Source: an uncultured Verrucomicrobiae bacterium
GTDB taxonomy: Bacteria; Verrucomicrobiota; Verrucomicrobiia; Limisphaerales; JAFGQR01
Assembly: GCA_963788655.1 (NCBI GenBank)
Contig: CAWBHS010000072.1
Span: 96,001-160,000 of the forward strand
DNA length: 64,000 bases
Direction: 5' to 3'
The notes beneath the pieces are model-generated. The model did not search any database. It was given only the letters and a program-made list of their open reading frames with translations, and was not told the DNA's origin. Of this stretch, positions 29,737-40,804 are shown piece by piece; position 1 is the stretch's first letter, and each line of letters opens with the position of its first letter. Made by a program: the position numbers and the translations under genes.

Positions 29737-32432
29737 ATGCCTTTACCGACATGCAGACTGTTCTCGCGAACGGCTCAACTGGTGGTTGCCAGTGTGTTGT
29801 TCGGAATTTTTGCCCCGACCACCTATGCCGCTCCGGCGCTAACCAGTTTCGATTTCACCCAACCGGAGGTTGTCCAGCAGTGGCACGCGGAGCACCACAT
29901 TGCTTCGCTTAAAGCCGCGCCGGAAGGCTTGGAGGTCATGATCAACGGGCCGGATCCCTATTTTTCCGGACCACCGCAGGATTATCCGGTGGAGATTCCG
30001 TTGTGGGTGACACTGCGGTTAAAATCCGAGGCCGGTGGCAGCGGGCAATTGTTCTTCTACCGGGACCATCCCCGCGAGGAACAGTCAGTGCATTTTCCCG
30101 TGTTTCCTGGTGACTGGCGGGAGGTGCGGGTGAAGTTGCCGCCGCTTGGCCCCGGTTTTCGCTTCCGCATCGATCCACCCGGCGCGCACGGTCAATTCCT
30201 GCTGGCTGCGATAACCATTATGCCGGCCGTTGCGTTGCGTGCGCCGGAATGGACCAAAGCCAGCCCGCCGCGTTTGGCCGGTGATGAGGCTTCGATTCAA
30301 TCCGGTGCGCTCCGATTTATTCAACCCGTAGTGAACTGGGGCAGTTTGCCGTGCAAGTCGCCGGCAACCCCATGGCCATTGGGCACAATCGGCAGCAGAT
30401 CGGCTACCTGCTAGACGATCACTTGCACTGGTTCGCTTTGGCGCCGGCGTCCACCCGCAGCTTTGAAGTCCGCCAGGAAGGCCAGACCATTTTCGTGCAA
30501 GGCCGGTATGTGGACCCGAACCAGGGTGTTTGGGAAGTTGCCCAACGGTTTTCGCCGGCGACGATTCCCGATGCGATCGATGTGGCAGTGACCGTGCAGG
30601 TCAGCGCCGCGCGTTCGGTCGTGTATCTGCCGCTACTGACCTTGCTGCCTGGGGTCGGCAGTTTCGGCACGAACAAACATCAAGGGTTGTTTGCCGGTTT
30701 GGAATACCTGGCCAACGAACCAAGCAGTTCGGAGGCGGACCTCCGCGGACCGGCGGCCCATCGTCTGGTGCCGGATACGCTTAAGATCACGTTCCCGCTG
30801 ATGGCCATTCAGGCGGAGCAACGTTATGTAGGTCTGATTTGGGAAATGCAGCCGGAGTTCAGCGCCCTGTTTGATTCACCGGATCGCACCTTCAACAATG
30901 GCGGGCACGCCCTGGTCATCCTGTTTCCCGGCTCGAACGGCGCCAACCGCGACGATGGGCAACTGCTCCCCAACGACGGAACCGTGATCCAACCCGGACA
31001 GCCTGTGACCTTGCGGGCAACCATCCTTGGCGGCCGCGGAGACAGCGTGGTACCGGCGGTCGAAAACTATGTGCGGCTACATAAGTTGCCACCGCTGCCG
31101 GAAGCCATGACGATGAAAGATTACCTGCGCGTGGCGGCCGGCGGTTGGCTGGATTCGGGCTGCCGCGAAGGCAATCGTTTTCGGCACGCGGTCTGGCCCG
31201 GGTTTGGCGCTCAACCCGCCGCCGACGCTGCGTTCTACATGGACTGGCTGGCGCAGCAGACGGGCGATGCGGATTTATCCATGCGCTTACACGATACCGC
31301 GAGTCAAGCCTTGGCGGCGGTTCCCCTGGAAAATTATTATGCCTCCGCCGTCAGTCACGTGCGTTTTCCGGTCGTACCATTGGTGTATGGCCACGTGCTG
31401 GAGAGCGTTCAACAGGCGACAGCTATTGGGCGAAATCTGTTGCACCGGTTCGAGCCGGATGGGCGCGTTTTGTATCGCCCTTCGCCCAACAAGCCGGATT
31501 ATGGTTCGACCCATTTCGCGCCGGACGCCAATGGCTTGACGGCCCAAGTGGTCATGAGTCTGTTGGACGCCGCGGCCTTCTCCGGCGACGCCGATTTGAT
31601 TCACGAAGGCTTGCAAAGTCTTCGGGCATTGGACCGTTTCCGCAACACCGTGCCGCGCGGCGCGCAAACCTGGGAAGTCCCGCTGCACACGCCCGACATC
31701 CTGGCGGCGGCTTACCTGGTGCGCGCCTACACGATGGGGTATGAACTGACCGGCGATCCGGAATTTCTCGACGCGGCGCGGTACTGGGCTTGGACGGGCG
31801 TGCCGTTCATTTACTTGCGCGATCCCTCGCCCCAGCCCATTGGCCGTTATCTGACGCCGCCGGTGTACGGCGCGACCAGTTGGGTGGCTCCCGTGTGGAT
31901 GGGGCTGCCGGTGCAGTGGTGCGGCCTCGTTTATGCCGATGCTCTGTATCGACTGGTGCGTCACGATTCCCAAGGGCCATGGCAACAATTGGCTCAAGGG
32001 ATTACGATCGGGGGCGTGCAAGTGACCTGGCCATTGAGTGACGTCCAGCGCCAGGGCTTGTTACCGGATGTGTTTCATCTCCGCGAACAACAGCGTGATG
32101 GTCCGGCCATCAATCCCGGCACCGTGCAATCGTGCGCCGTGCGGTGGTATGCCGGGCAACCGTTTTACGATTTTTGTTCGGTGCGCCCGGCGGGCTGGCG
32201 GATTCATGCGCCGGGAACGATTGAACTTTTGGACGCTGAGACGCGCCATGCGAAGATTAAAGTGACCGGCTGGCCTACCAAACCTTATTACGTCTTGGTC
32301 AATGGTCTGAGCCGGGCTCCCCAACTTAAGATCAACGGTCAGACGATTGGCCTCGAAGCTCCGAACATTTACCAGAACGGTCGCTTGGTGTTGCTGATCA
32401 AGGGGACGGCGGAGATTGCGATTGATGACTGA
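29737..32432 (+). CDS. Secreted hypothetical protein with CBM-like N-terminus and probable (alpha/alpha)-barrel C-terminus (frameshift ~30325)
   Basis: ORFs 29644-30414 (signal; DPYF..LRLK..FRIDP) and 30351-32432 (RGAQTWE.PLHTPDILAA, YELTGD..FLDAARYW). Confidence 0.6.
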
Positions 32433-33480
32433 CCTGCAATTTCGTGTCCATCCAGGCCAATGTTTTGTCCCACATTTCGGGCAAGTACACGTGGCCCACG
32501 CCGGGATAAATGAGACTCTGAAACTCGGCCTCCTTGCCAAATAGCCGCCATGCGGGCCGAGCGCGCTCCTCGATGGTGCGAACACCCGTGACGGGCGAAC
32601 CAAAATCCTGGTCGCCGGTCATGAGCAAAATCGGACGCGGTGCGATCAAGGCAATTACCGCTTCCGTGTCGAAATACTGGAGCAGGTTCGGCACGAAATA
32701 ATAAATGCCGTGATACGTAAGTCCTTGCGTGCGGATCAGATCCTGGTAGCGCGTGAGACAACCCACCGCCACTCCGGCGCGGGGACGTTCATCCAACGCC
32801 ATGAGCCACCACGTGCGGGTGGCTCCCATGCTGATGCCAGTGACGCCAATCCGGTTCGTGTCCACTTCGGGGCGCGAGCACAGATAGTCCAGCGCCATCA
32901 AGTCGTCCCGTGCGATCATGCCCCAGAGGGTTCGTCCCACCCACAGATTAAACTTGCTGGCGGTCAGTTCGCCGGCGCCTCCCGTTTCCTGCGGACCACT
33001 TGGTCCTTGACCATTGCGTTCGCCAAAGCCGTAGGCATCGATCGCGCAGACCACATAGCCTCGTTGCGCCAAAGCTGGGCCGGCGGGAACCGGCGTGGCG
33101 TTCGTGCGGAACAGTTCTTCTTTCCCGATGTCGTATTGCCCGCCGTGCCAGTGACAATAGAGAATTGCCGGCGCCCTTGCGGTAACGCCGGCGGGCAGCA
33201 ATAAATAGCCTGGCACGGTAGCGCCCGCGCCGTTGTCGAATTGAAATTTCTCCAACCCATAACCATCACGTTCTACGCGCGATAAGGTTTCGACCTGCGG
33301 GAGCTTCGGGCGTGGCGGGAGGTTGCCGAGCAGACGCCACAACTGGTTGCGGACCTGGGCTCGTTGTGTTTGCCAGTCGGCCACGGTGGACAGCACGGTG
33401 AAGGCGGGAGCAATAGCGGCATTTGCGAGCCAGCATTCGGCGGTCGTGGGAGCTGGTCGGGCGTCAAGGTTGGCGGTCAC
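32398..33480 (-). CDS. Alpha/beta hydrolase (dienelactone hydrolase / carbohydrate esterase-like); start uncertain
   Basis: HWHGG, IDAYGFGER, GISMG nucleophile elbow, LIAPRP, GVGH. Confidence 0.85.
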   Translation of the reverse strand: MTANLDARPAPTTAECWLANAAIAPAFTVLSTVADWQTQRAQVRNQLWRLLGNLPPRPKLPQVETLSRVERDGYGLEKFQFDNGAGATVPGYLLLPAGVTARAPAILYCHWHGGQYDIGKEELFRTNATPVPAGPALAQRGYVVCAIDAYGFGERNGQGPSGPQETGGAGELTASKFNLWVGRTLWGMIARDDLMALDYLCSRPEVDTNRIGVTGISMGATRTWWLMALDERPRAGVAVGCLTRYQDLIRTQGLTYHGIYYFVPNLLQYFDTEAVIALIAPRPILLMTGDQDFGSPVTGVRTIEERARPAWRLFGKEAEFQSLIYPGVGHVYLPEMWDKTLAWMDTKLQVSHQSQSPPSP

Positions 33481-33562
33481 GATAAAATGTGTAGCAAGGA
33501 TCCTCGCGCGAAGGCAATGCTTTGCTTGCTTCGACAAACCGTCTGCGCGTACTGTGCCCGCG

Positions 33563-35044
33563 ATGGTTTTGGACAATTTCCAATGGCTCCGGACGCTCAC
33601 AGTCGGCTGTCTGCTGGGCGGCTGGTTGCCGGCCTGGGGCGCGGGATTGAACATGAACGATATTGATCGCCTCATTGAGATTGGCAATTGGCGGCAAGCG
33701 ACCGCGGCAATCGAGCGGCAACTCGAGCGGCCTGACTTGGCCTTTCCGCAACGCGCGAACCTCCGCTTTCAGCAGGAGCGGATGGCGCGCATCCGGCTGG
33801 ATTTTTACAAGACGAAGGCCCAGGTGTTGCACGAGGCGCAACAGATCCTGCCGGGATTGGCGCCGGCCATGTTCGACCAGTGGGAAAAAGCCGGGGCGGT
33901 GGAAAGCTTCAACATCGACGGTGAACGATGGTATTTCGAACGGGCGGCCGGCAACCTTTTTCGGATTCAACCACCAGCCCAAGCCTTGCTGGCGGCACGT
34001 CAATCCGATGTCTCACCAGTTCCCCAACACCGACTCGCCAACCTGCGAGAGATTCTTCATCGATACGATGAAACCGGGAAAACCGCCAACACCCCGCAGC
34101 AGTGGCACGTCATTTACACGCTCACCGTAAAGCCCGACGCTGTTCCTGCGGGTGAAACGATCCGCGCCTGGCTGCCGTTCCCACAGACGGGAGGCCGGCA
34201 GACGCAGGTGCAATTGCTGACCAGCGATCCGCCGGTTTTCGTGCGCAGCCCGGAAGACCGGGCGCTGGCATCCATCTACCTGGAAAAAATGGCTCGGGCA
34301 GGGCAACCAACGGGGTTCCAGATTGAATTTGAATACCGCACGATGGGTTTCCATCAGCCAGTCGATCCGCAACGAGTGCAGGCGCTGCCGGCCAACTCCC
34401 CTGCGGCAAAGTACCTGGTTGAACGCCCGCCGCACATTGTATTCGACGAGTCCTTGTGCGCGCTATCGCGGGAGATTGTCGCCGGGGAAACCAATGCCTA
34501 CCGCATCGCGCGGCGGATTTTTCAATGGGTCCATACGAACATTCCGTGGGCGGGCGCGCGGGAGTATTCCACGTTGAATTCGCTGCCGCAGTATGCGCTC
34601 GAACATCGTCACGGCGATTGCGGTATCCAAACGATGTTGTTCATATCTTTGTGCCGCTTGAACGGCATTCCCGCACGCTGGGAATCCGGTTGGACCACCG
34701 GTCCCGACCGAAACATGCACGACTGGTGCGCTGTTTATCTTGAACCTTACGGCTGGCTGCCGGTCGATGTTTCCTATGGGTTAGTGCCGAGCAACGACGA
34801 ACGCGAGAAATGGTTTTTCCTCGGCGGCATCGACAGTTACCGATTGGTGGTCAACACGGATTACGAACAGCCGCTCTATCCGGCCAAGATGCACTTCCGT
34901 TCTGAGATCGTGGATTTCCAGCGAGGCGAAGTGGAATGGCGTGGCGGCAACTTGTATTTCAACCAGTGGACGTACAATTTTCACGTCGAAGATATGACGC
35001 CACAAAGTCTCGACCAAGCAACGGACACGTCCCATTCACCATGA
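33563..35044 (+). CDS. Secreted transglutaminase-like domain protein
   Basis: Signal peptide; GDCG (Cys), MHDW (His), GWLPVD (Asp) triad. Confidence 0.85.
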   Translation: MVLDNFQWLRTLTVGCLLGGWLPAWGAGLNMNDIDRLIEIGNWRQATAAIERQLERPDLAFPQRANLRFQQERMARIRLDFYKTKAQVLHEAQQILPGLAPAMFDQWEKAGAVESFNIDGERWYFERAAGNLFRIQPPAQALLAARQSDVSPVPQHRLANLREILHRYDETGKTANTPQQWHVIYTLTVKPDAVPAGETIRAWLPFPQTGGRQTQVQLLTSDPPVFVRSPEDRALASIYLEKMARAGQPTGFQIEFEYRTMGFHQPVDPQRVQALPANSPAAKYLVERPPHIVFDESLCALSREIVAGETNAYRIARRIFQWVHTNIPWAGAREYSTLNSLPQYALEHRHGDCGIQTMLFISLCRLNGIPARWESGWTTGPDRNMHDWCAVYLEPYGWLPVDVSYGLVPSNDEREKWFFLGGIDSYRLVVNTDYEQPLYPAKMHFRSEIVDFQRGEVEWRGGNLYFNQWTYNFHVEDMTPQSLDQATDTSHSP

Positions 35045-35092
35045 GCGCGCACGAAAGGTTCGATTTAACCTGCCGGCATGAGACTGGCGCAA

Positions 35093-35357
35093 CGTGCTGC
35101 CGGCGTCCCGCCGGCAGTTTGGAACTGGACGTTCGAATTTCCTTTGGCGCCAATTTGCTGCCGACCTGGAGCGTGGGGACAGTCGGCGGAGTTGGGAGCG
35201 TGATCCGGTATCCGATCTGCCGGCAGAATGCCGGCAGCACTGTAGGACAGGCGTCTCGCCTGTCTCGGGTTTACAAAACACGTTCAGTTGTTCCTACAAC
35301 ACTTCACTGCGGACGAATGGTTGCAGCCGTTCGGGACAGCCGGGACGGCTGTCCTAC
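35093..35357. repeat. Two adjacent REP doublets (GTGCTGCCGGC family and GTAGGACAG family)
   Basis: GTGCTGCCGGCGTCCCGCCGGCAG ... CTGCCGGCAGAATGCCGGCAGCAC, then GTAGGACAGGCGTCTCGCCTGTC ... GACAGCCGGGACGGCTGTCCTAC. Confidence 0.8.
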
Positions 35358-35369
35358 GTATATCACCTC

Positions 35370-37235
35370 ATGAAAAGTCGCCCCGCGCCATTCCATCGTT
35401 CTCGCCATTCCGGTCCCGGCTCGCCTCCAAGCGCGGGACTGGATCCGACCTTTTCCGCCAAAGCACGTTCCACCTGGGAAATCATCCGACGAGTCAGCAA
35501 GTATCTTTGGCCGTATCGTTGGATGGCGGTAGCCACGGTGGCGTGCGCGGTGATGTCGCTGGCCTTTGCCTTCGCGTTTCCCAAGCTCACGCAATTCATC
35601 ATTGATGAAGTCATCGATCAAAATCGGGCGGACCTGTTGACGCCGGTCATTCTGGCTCTGTTGGTGGCGTTCTTTTTGCGGGATGCATTCAACAGTCTGC
35701 GCATCCGCATCAACAACCGGTTCGAGCAAAACGTGATTTTCGACATGCGGTGCGAAGTGTACGCCCGCCTGCAACGTCTGCCGGTGCCGTATTTCGATCA
35801 ACGGGCTTCGGGCGACTTGATGACGCGTGTGATTGAAGACGTAAACGCTGTCGAACGAGTGCTCATTGATGGGACGGAACAAGGCACCGTCGCCCTGTTG
35901 AGCATTGCGGGCGTTTTGATCTTCTTGTTCTCGATGAATCCTTCCTTGGCGGCGGTCGCCTTGGTGCCGGTGCCGCTGCTTATGGGCGGGGCGTTGTGGT
36001 ACACCCTGACCGCCCATCGCCGGTATCGGGCCCAGCGCGAAGCCGCCAGCGCCATGAACGCACTGCTGATGGACAACCTCCAAGGCGTCCGCCAGATCAA
36101 GGCGTACGGCCGGCAGGATCATGAAGACGACCGTTTCAGCCAGCGGGCGGATGCGTTGCGACAGGGCACCCTCCGCGTCATGCTGGCCTGGGCGAATTAT
36201 TCACCCGCCATGAACTTTGCCGCCGCGCTGGGCAACGTGCTCGTGCTTTGGCTGGGCGGGCGGGCGGTGCTGGCGGGCGGAATGACCCTGGGCGAACTGG
36301 TCGCGTTCCTGTTTTTTCTCAACTTGTTTTACGACCCCGTCAGCCGGTTGCACGGATTGAATCAAATGATGCAATCCGCTCGCGCGGCCGGCGAACGCGT
36401 GTTTGACATTATGGATTTCTCGGCGGAAATCACGAACCCCCGCCGCCAGCACACGCTCCGCACGCCGGTTCGCGGCGAAGTCATTTACGAAAACGTGCAG
36501 TTCGGCTATGGCCACGAACGGCAGGTGCTGCGCAACATTTCGTTGACTACCAAGCCCGGTCAGATGATCGCACTGGTGGGCCCCACTGGCGCCGGCAAAT
36601 CGACCTTGGTCAACTTGTTGCCGGCGTTTTACGAGCTTACCGCCGGGCGGATCACCATCGATGGTCAGGACATCGGCACCATTACGTTGGAATCGTTGCG
36701 GTCGCACATCAGCGTCGTCAGCCAGGAGGCCTTTCTGTTCAACGGCACGGTAAGGGAGAACATTCTTTACGGGCACTTGAACGCCCCCGAAGCGGAGTTG
36801 GTTGCCGCGGCCCAGGCTGCGAATTGTCATGACTTTATTTGTCAGTTGCCGGAGGGCTACGATTCGCGGGTGGGGGAACGCGGGGTCAAACTTAGCGTGG
36901 GGGAAAAACAGCGTGTCAGCATCGCCCGCGCCTTGCTCAAGAATGCTCCCATTCTCATTCTGGACGAAGCCACCGCCAGTGTGGACACGGCGACGGAGAA
37001 ACTGATCCAGGAGGCGTTGGAACGGTTGATGGCTCATCGCACCAGTTTTGTCATCGCCCACCGGCTGAGCACCATTCGCCAGGCGGATCAGATCCTGGTG
37101 TTGCGTCACGGTGAGATCATCGAGCGGGGAACGCACGAAGAATTGTTGGAACGCGCCGGGCTATACAGCAAGCTGGCCCGGATCCAGAACACCACGTTTA
37201 TCGAGGAAGGTTTCGAACGATTGTCCGTAGAATAG
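35370..37235 (+). CDS. ABC exporter, fused permease/ATP-binding protein (MsbA/MdlB-like)
   Basis: TM domain; Walker A GPTGAGKS; LSVGEKQR; ILDEATAS; IAHRLST. Confidence 0.93.
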   Translation: MKSRPAPFHRSRHSGPGSPPSAGLDPTFSAKARSTWEIIRRVSKYLWPYRWMAVATVACAVMSLAFAFAFPKLTQFIIDEVIDQNRADLLTPVILALLVAFFLRDAFNSLRIRINNRFEQNVIFDMRCEVYARLQRLPVPYFDQRASGDLMTRVIEDVNAVERVLIDGTEQGTVALLSIAGVLIFLFSMNPSLAAVALVPVPLLMGGALWYTLTAHRRYRAQREAASAMNALLMDNLQGVRQIKAYGRQDHEDDRFSQRADALRQGTLRVMLAWANYSPAMNFAAALGNVLVLWLGGRAVLAGGMTLGELVAFLFFLNLFYDPVSRLHGLNQMMQSARAAGERVFDIMDFSAEITNPRRQHTLRTPVRGEVIYENVQFGYGHERQVLRNISLTTKPGQMIALVGPTGAGKSTLVNLLPAFYELTAGRITIDGQDIGTITLESLRSHISVVSQEAFLFNGTVRENILYGHLNAPEAELVAAAQAANCHDFICQLPEGYDSRVGERGVKLSVGEKQRVSIARALLKNAPILILDEATASVDTATEKLIQEALERLMAHRTSFVIAHRLSTIRQADQILVLRHGEIIERGTHEELLERAGLYSKLARIQNTTFIEEGFERLSVE

Positions 37236-37762
37236 GGCCCACTGTATTTTGATTCGTTTGGCAGCGTTTGCGTCTGGGGATTTGCCGCGTCGTCGCCTCC
37301 CGCTCGGTATGGGCAAACGTGACGTAATCTTCCTTGGCTGAAGTTGGGACATTTGTACGGTGAGACAGCCCTGGAACTCGCCGGTGAGATTGGCCAAATG
37401 ACAAGGACGAGCTTGTCGGAGCGCCTATGGCGGGTCCAAAAATCCGTACAAGTACGAGCTTGCAAACCTTACTGACCCTAGGGTAATTTCTTAGCGGTTC
37501 GGGTGAACAGAACGTTTCTTCAGCGGAGTCCCCCAACTCCCACCTCCTTGGCGTCTGTTACCCGAGCCAATTTTTTTGTCTAAATTTCCCCACGAATTAC
37601 GGATCAGACGCCTTCTCCTCGGCAAACTGCAACGGTGGAAATCCTCCGTCTGCCCGATTGGCCATCCAATTGGTATTTCAGAACCCTCATTGGACCCGCT
37701 GCAAGAGATCCACTTCTTTCACCCATTCCGCAGTTCCCCACACCTTCATCGCATCCAATATC

Positions 37763-37929
37763 TGGCATCCGGAATCAGGCATCCGGAATCAGGCATCCCG
37801 GCATCCCGCATCCCGCATCCACGCATCTCGCATCCTCCCCATCCCCCATCCCCCATCCCCCATCCCCCATCCCCCATCCCCCATCCCCCATCCCCCATCC
37901 CCCATCCCCCATCCCCCATCCCCCATCCC
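37763..37929. repeat. Heptamer simple tandem repeat (ATCCCCC) x ~12-13 preceded by degenerate 7/14-bp units
   Basis: Perfect 7-bp periodicity 37841-37929; upstream GGCATCCGGAATCA x2 and GCATCCC units. Confidence 0.95.
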
Positions 37930-37976
37930 TCCCTTTCATTCTTGCCAACCGCCACCGTCATTCCTATGGTCTCGGC

Positions 37977-38369
37977 ATGGGACAATCGCAAATCGTCCAG
38001 TATGTGCCGGTGCTGATGTTGCTTCTGCTCGCCATCCTGTTTTCGATGGGCATGCTGGTCGGCTCGGCGTTGCTGGGTAAACGGGGCCGGCGCAATAAAT
38101 TCAAAGATACCCCTTACGAATGCGGTATCGAACCCGTCGGCGAAGGCGCGCCGCGCATGTCGGTGAAGTTCTACCTGGTGGCCATGCTGTTCATCCTGTT
38201 CGATATTGAAGTCATCTTCCTCTACCCGCTGGCCGTGGTGTACAAAGACATGCTGGCCAATCCCGCCACGAAAAACATGATCTTTTTCGGCACTCTCGTG
38301 TTCATGGGAATTCTTACCGTCGGCCTGCTCTACGAAATCAAGAAACGCGCGTTGGATTGGAAAAAGTGA
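37977..38369 (+). CDS. nuoA: NADH-quinone oxidoreductase subunit A (orphan)
   Basis: K..PYECG..P.G, FYLVAMLFILFDIEVIFLYP, ALDW. Confidence 0.93.
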   Translation: MGQSQIVQYVPVLMLLLLAILFSMGMLVGSALLGKRGRRNKFKDTPYECGIEPVGEGAPRMSVKFYLVAMLFILFDIEVIFLYPLAVVYKDMLANPATKNMIFFGTLVFMGILTVGLLYEIKKRALDWKK

Positions 38370-38391
38370 GCCAGTCGGCGAACGCTGACCT

Positions 38392-40795
38392 TTGAAGCCG
38401 GTGTGCCATCAACTCAGAACCGTAGTTTACCTGGGATGCCTGCTGCGGTTGCCATTGATCGCTGTGGCAGTGGACCAATCGCCGCCAACCCCGGCCGACC
38501 AAGCCGCTATTGAAACCGACTGGCGCCGGCAGGATGGCATTGGCACCGCCCGTGTGCCGATCGGTTTGCCAATGGCCATTCAACGGACCCTCGATCACGG
38601 TGATGCCTTGCTTCATGACCTGACTACCCACGACGTGTCAATGCCGCAGGAAACCGTTGAATGGGAAGCCGCCCGCCGCGAGTGGCAAACGATGTCGTCC
38701 ACGGGTACGACCAACGAAGCTGCGTGGGAAAGCCTGTGGCGTCGCGTTCACTGGATGCGCCGCCGGATTGTTTTCGCCAATCCACTGGCTCCAAACCGGC
38801 CCTTTGGTTTTCATCAAGCGGTCGCCGAGCATTTTCAGCCACCAACTCACGCAGTACTACGGAAGCTGCGCCCGTCCGGGTGGCGGGGTGTTTGTTTTGG
38901 ACGCCCCCGGTCGTTCGCTCCAATGCCGCCAACTGGCGGCGGACGCTTTCCCGTCGGGCAGTTTCCAGCACTTGGACGTTTCCTTTGATGGCCGCCGGAT
39001 TTTGTTTGCCTTTTGTCACGCCGAAACGACTCCGGCGAATCGCGAAGAACACCTGGACAGGTTCTATCACCTGTATGAAGTGGGCACTGATGGCACCGGG
39101 TTGCGCCAATTGACCGACGGTCCGTTTGATGATTTTGCCCCGCGTTACCTGCCGAACGGACAACTCCTGTTCATCTCGACGCGGCGGGGTGGGTTTCATC
39201 GCTGCGGACGCGGCCCGTGCCCGACCTACACGCTGACCCTGGCCGAAGCCGACGGTTCGAATCCCCACTCGATCAGCTTCCACGAAACCCATGAATGGGA
39301 TCCGGTCATACTGGCCAACGGTCAAATTCTTTACACGCGCTGGGATTACGTGGACCGCCACGCAGTGTTCTACGAGCAATTGTGGTCGGCGCGTCCCGAC
39401 GGCACCGGCGTGAGCGCGTTCTACGGGAATAACACGTTCAATCCGGTCGGCATTTGGGAACCGCAGTCGGTGCCGGGTTCGACGCGCATCATGGCCACCG
39501 CCGCCGCCCACCACGCCATGACCGCCGGCTCGATCGTGCTTTTGGACACCACGCAAGCCCGTGACGGCCTGCAACCAATCACCCGGTTGACCCCCGACGC
39601 CCCGTTCCCGGAAAGTGAAGTGCCCGTCGCCAACCGCGGCAATCCTCGCGCTTGGTACGCGCCCGTGGGGGTGAGCCACCCCGCGCCGATTCCGGAAGCG
39701 GCGCAACGTTGGCCGGGACACTGTTATCGCACGCCGTTTCCCTTGTCGGAAAAATACTTCCTGGCGGCTTACAGCTTCGACGCGCTGATTGGCGAACCCG
39801 ATCCCAATCCGGCCAACATGTTCGGGCTGTACCTGGTGGATTGCTTTGGCAACCAGGAACTGCTGCATCGCGATCCCGATATTTCCAGTCTCTGGCCGAT
39901 GCCATTACGCCCGCGCTCGCGGCCGATGGAAATGGCGTCGTTGTTGGAGGAAACCCATCGCGATGAAGGCCGGTTCTTCGTGCAGAACGTCTATCGCAGT
40001 TGGCCGCCGCTGCCGCCCGGCTCGATCAAACGCTTGCGGATTGTTCAAGTGTTGCCCAAAACCACGCCGCACATCAACGAACCGCCGGTGGGCCTGGCCA
40101 ATGCCTCACCAGGCAAACAAGTGCTCGGCACCGTGCCGGTCGAGGCGGACGGATCGGCATATTTTCGCGCCCCGGCCAAAGTGCCGCTGGCGTTTCAGGC
40201 GCTGGATGACCAGGGACAAGCCGTCCAGGTGATGCGCAGCGTGACGTATCTGCAACCGGGCGAAACCGCAAGCTGCGTTGGCTGTCACGAAAACCGCCAC
40301 ACTGCCCCGACATCCCGTCCGGCGCTGGCGTTGGCGCGCGCCCCGTCGAGTATCGAGCCCGGGCCGGAAGGTTCAAGCCCGCTGAGCTACCCGCTCCTGG
40401 TGCAGCCGGTGCTCGACCGCGAATGCGTGCGCTGTCACAACCCGGACCGACCCGATGGCCAGGTCGTGCTGACTGATGATCCACAAGACCGCTTCACGAA
40501 ATCGTATTTGGCGCTGGCGCCGCGCGTTTCCTTTTCCGCGTGGGGTGGCAAGCCCGGCGACTTCCGCGTGGCCAACAGCGAACCGCTGAGCCAGCCGGGA
40601 TTCTTTGGCGCCCGTAACTCGCCCCTGATGACCTTGCTCCGCGCCGGCCATGAAGGCGTTTCTCTGAACGCCGCGGACCTGGAGCGCTTGATCACTTGGA
40701 TGGACGCCAACGCGTTATTCTACGGAACCTTCGATCCTGCCGACCAAGCCCGCCAGCTTCACGGTGAACTCATCGCTGGACCGAAGCTGGAATAA
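38392..40795 (+). CDS. HzsA-like (hydrazine synthase alpha-like beta-propeller + middle domain) protein with two CxxCH heme motifs (frameshift ~38790)
   Basis: LRQLT.GP.DD..P.YLP.G, YTRWDYVDR, LGTVPVEADGSAYF.AP...L.FQALD, SCVGCHE, ECVRCHN. Confidence 0.8.
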
Positions 40796-40804
40796 CCATC
40801 CGCA

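Noticed and set aside
37236..37760. Possible ncRNA/riboswitch in the long intergenic region
   Set aside because: No recognisable RNA family motif by eye; an Rfam/Infernal scan would be needed
37576..38080. Pro/His-rich or Gly/Trp-rich ORFs (PHPPSPI repeats)
   Set aside because: Translations of the heptamer repeat; the real gene starts at the nuoA ATG 37977
38392..40795. Anammox hydrazine synthase
   Set aside because: No hzsB/hzsC or hydrazine dehydrogenase nearby; HzsA-like proteins are widespread in non-anammox PVC bacteria
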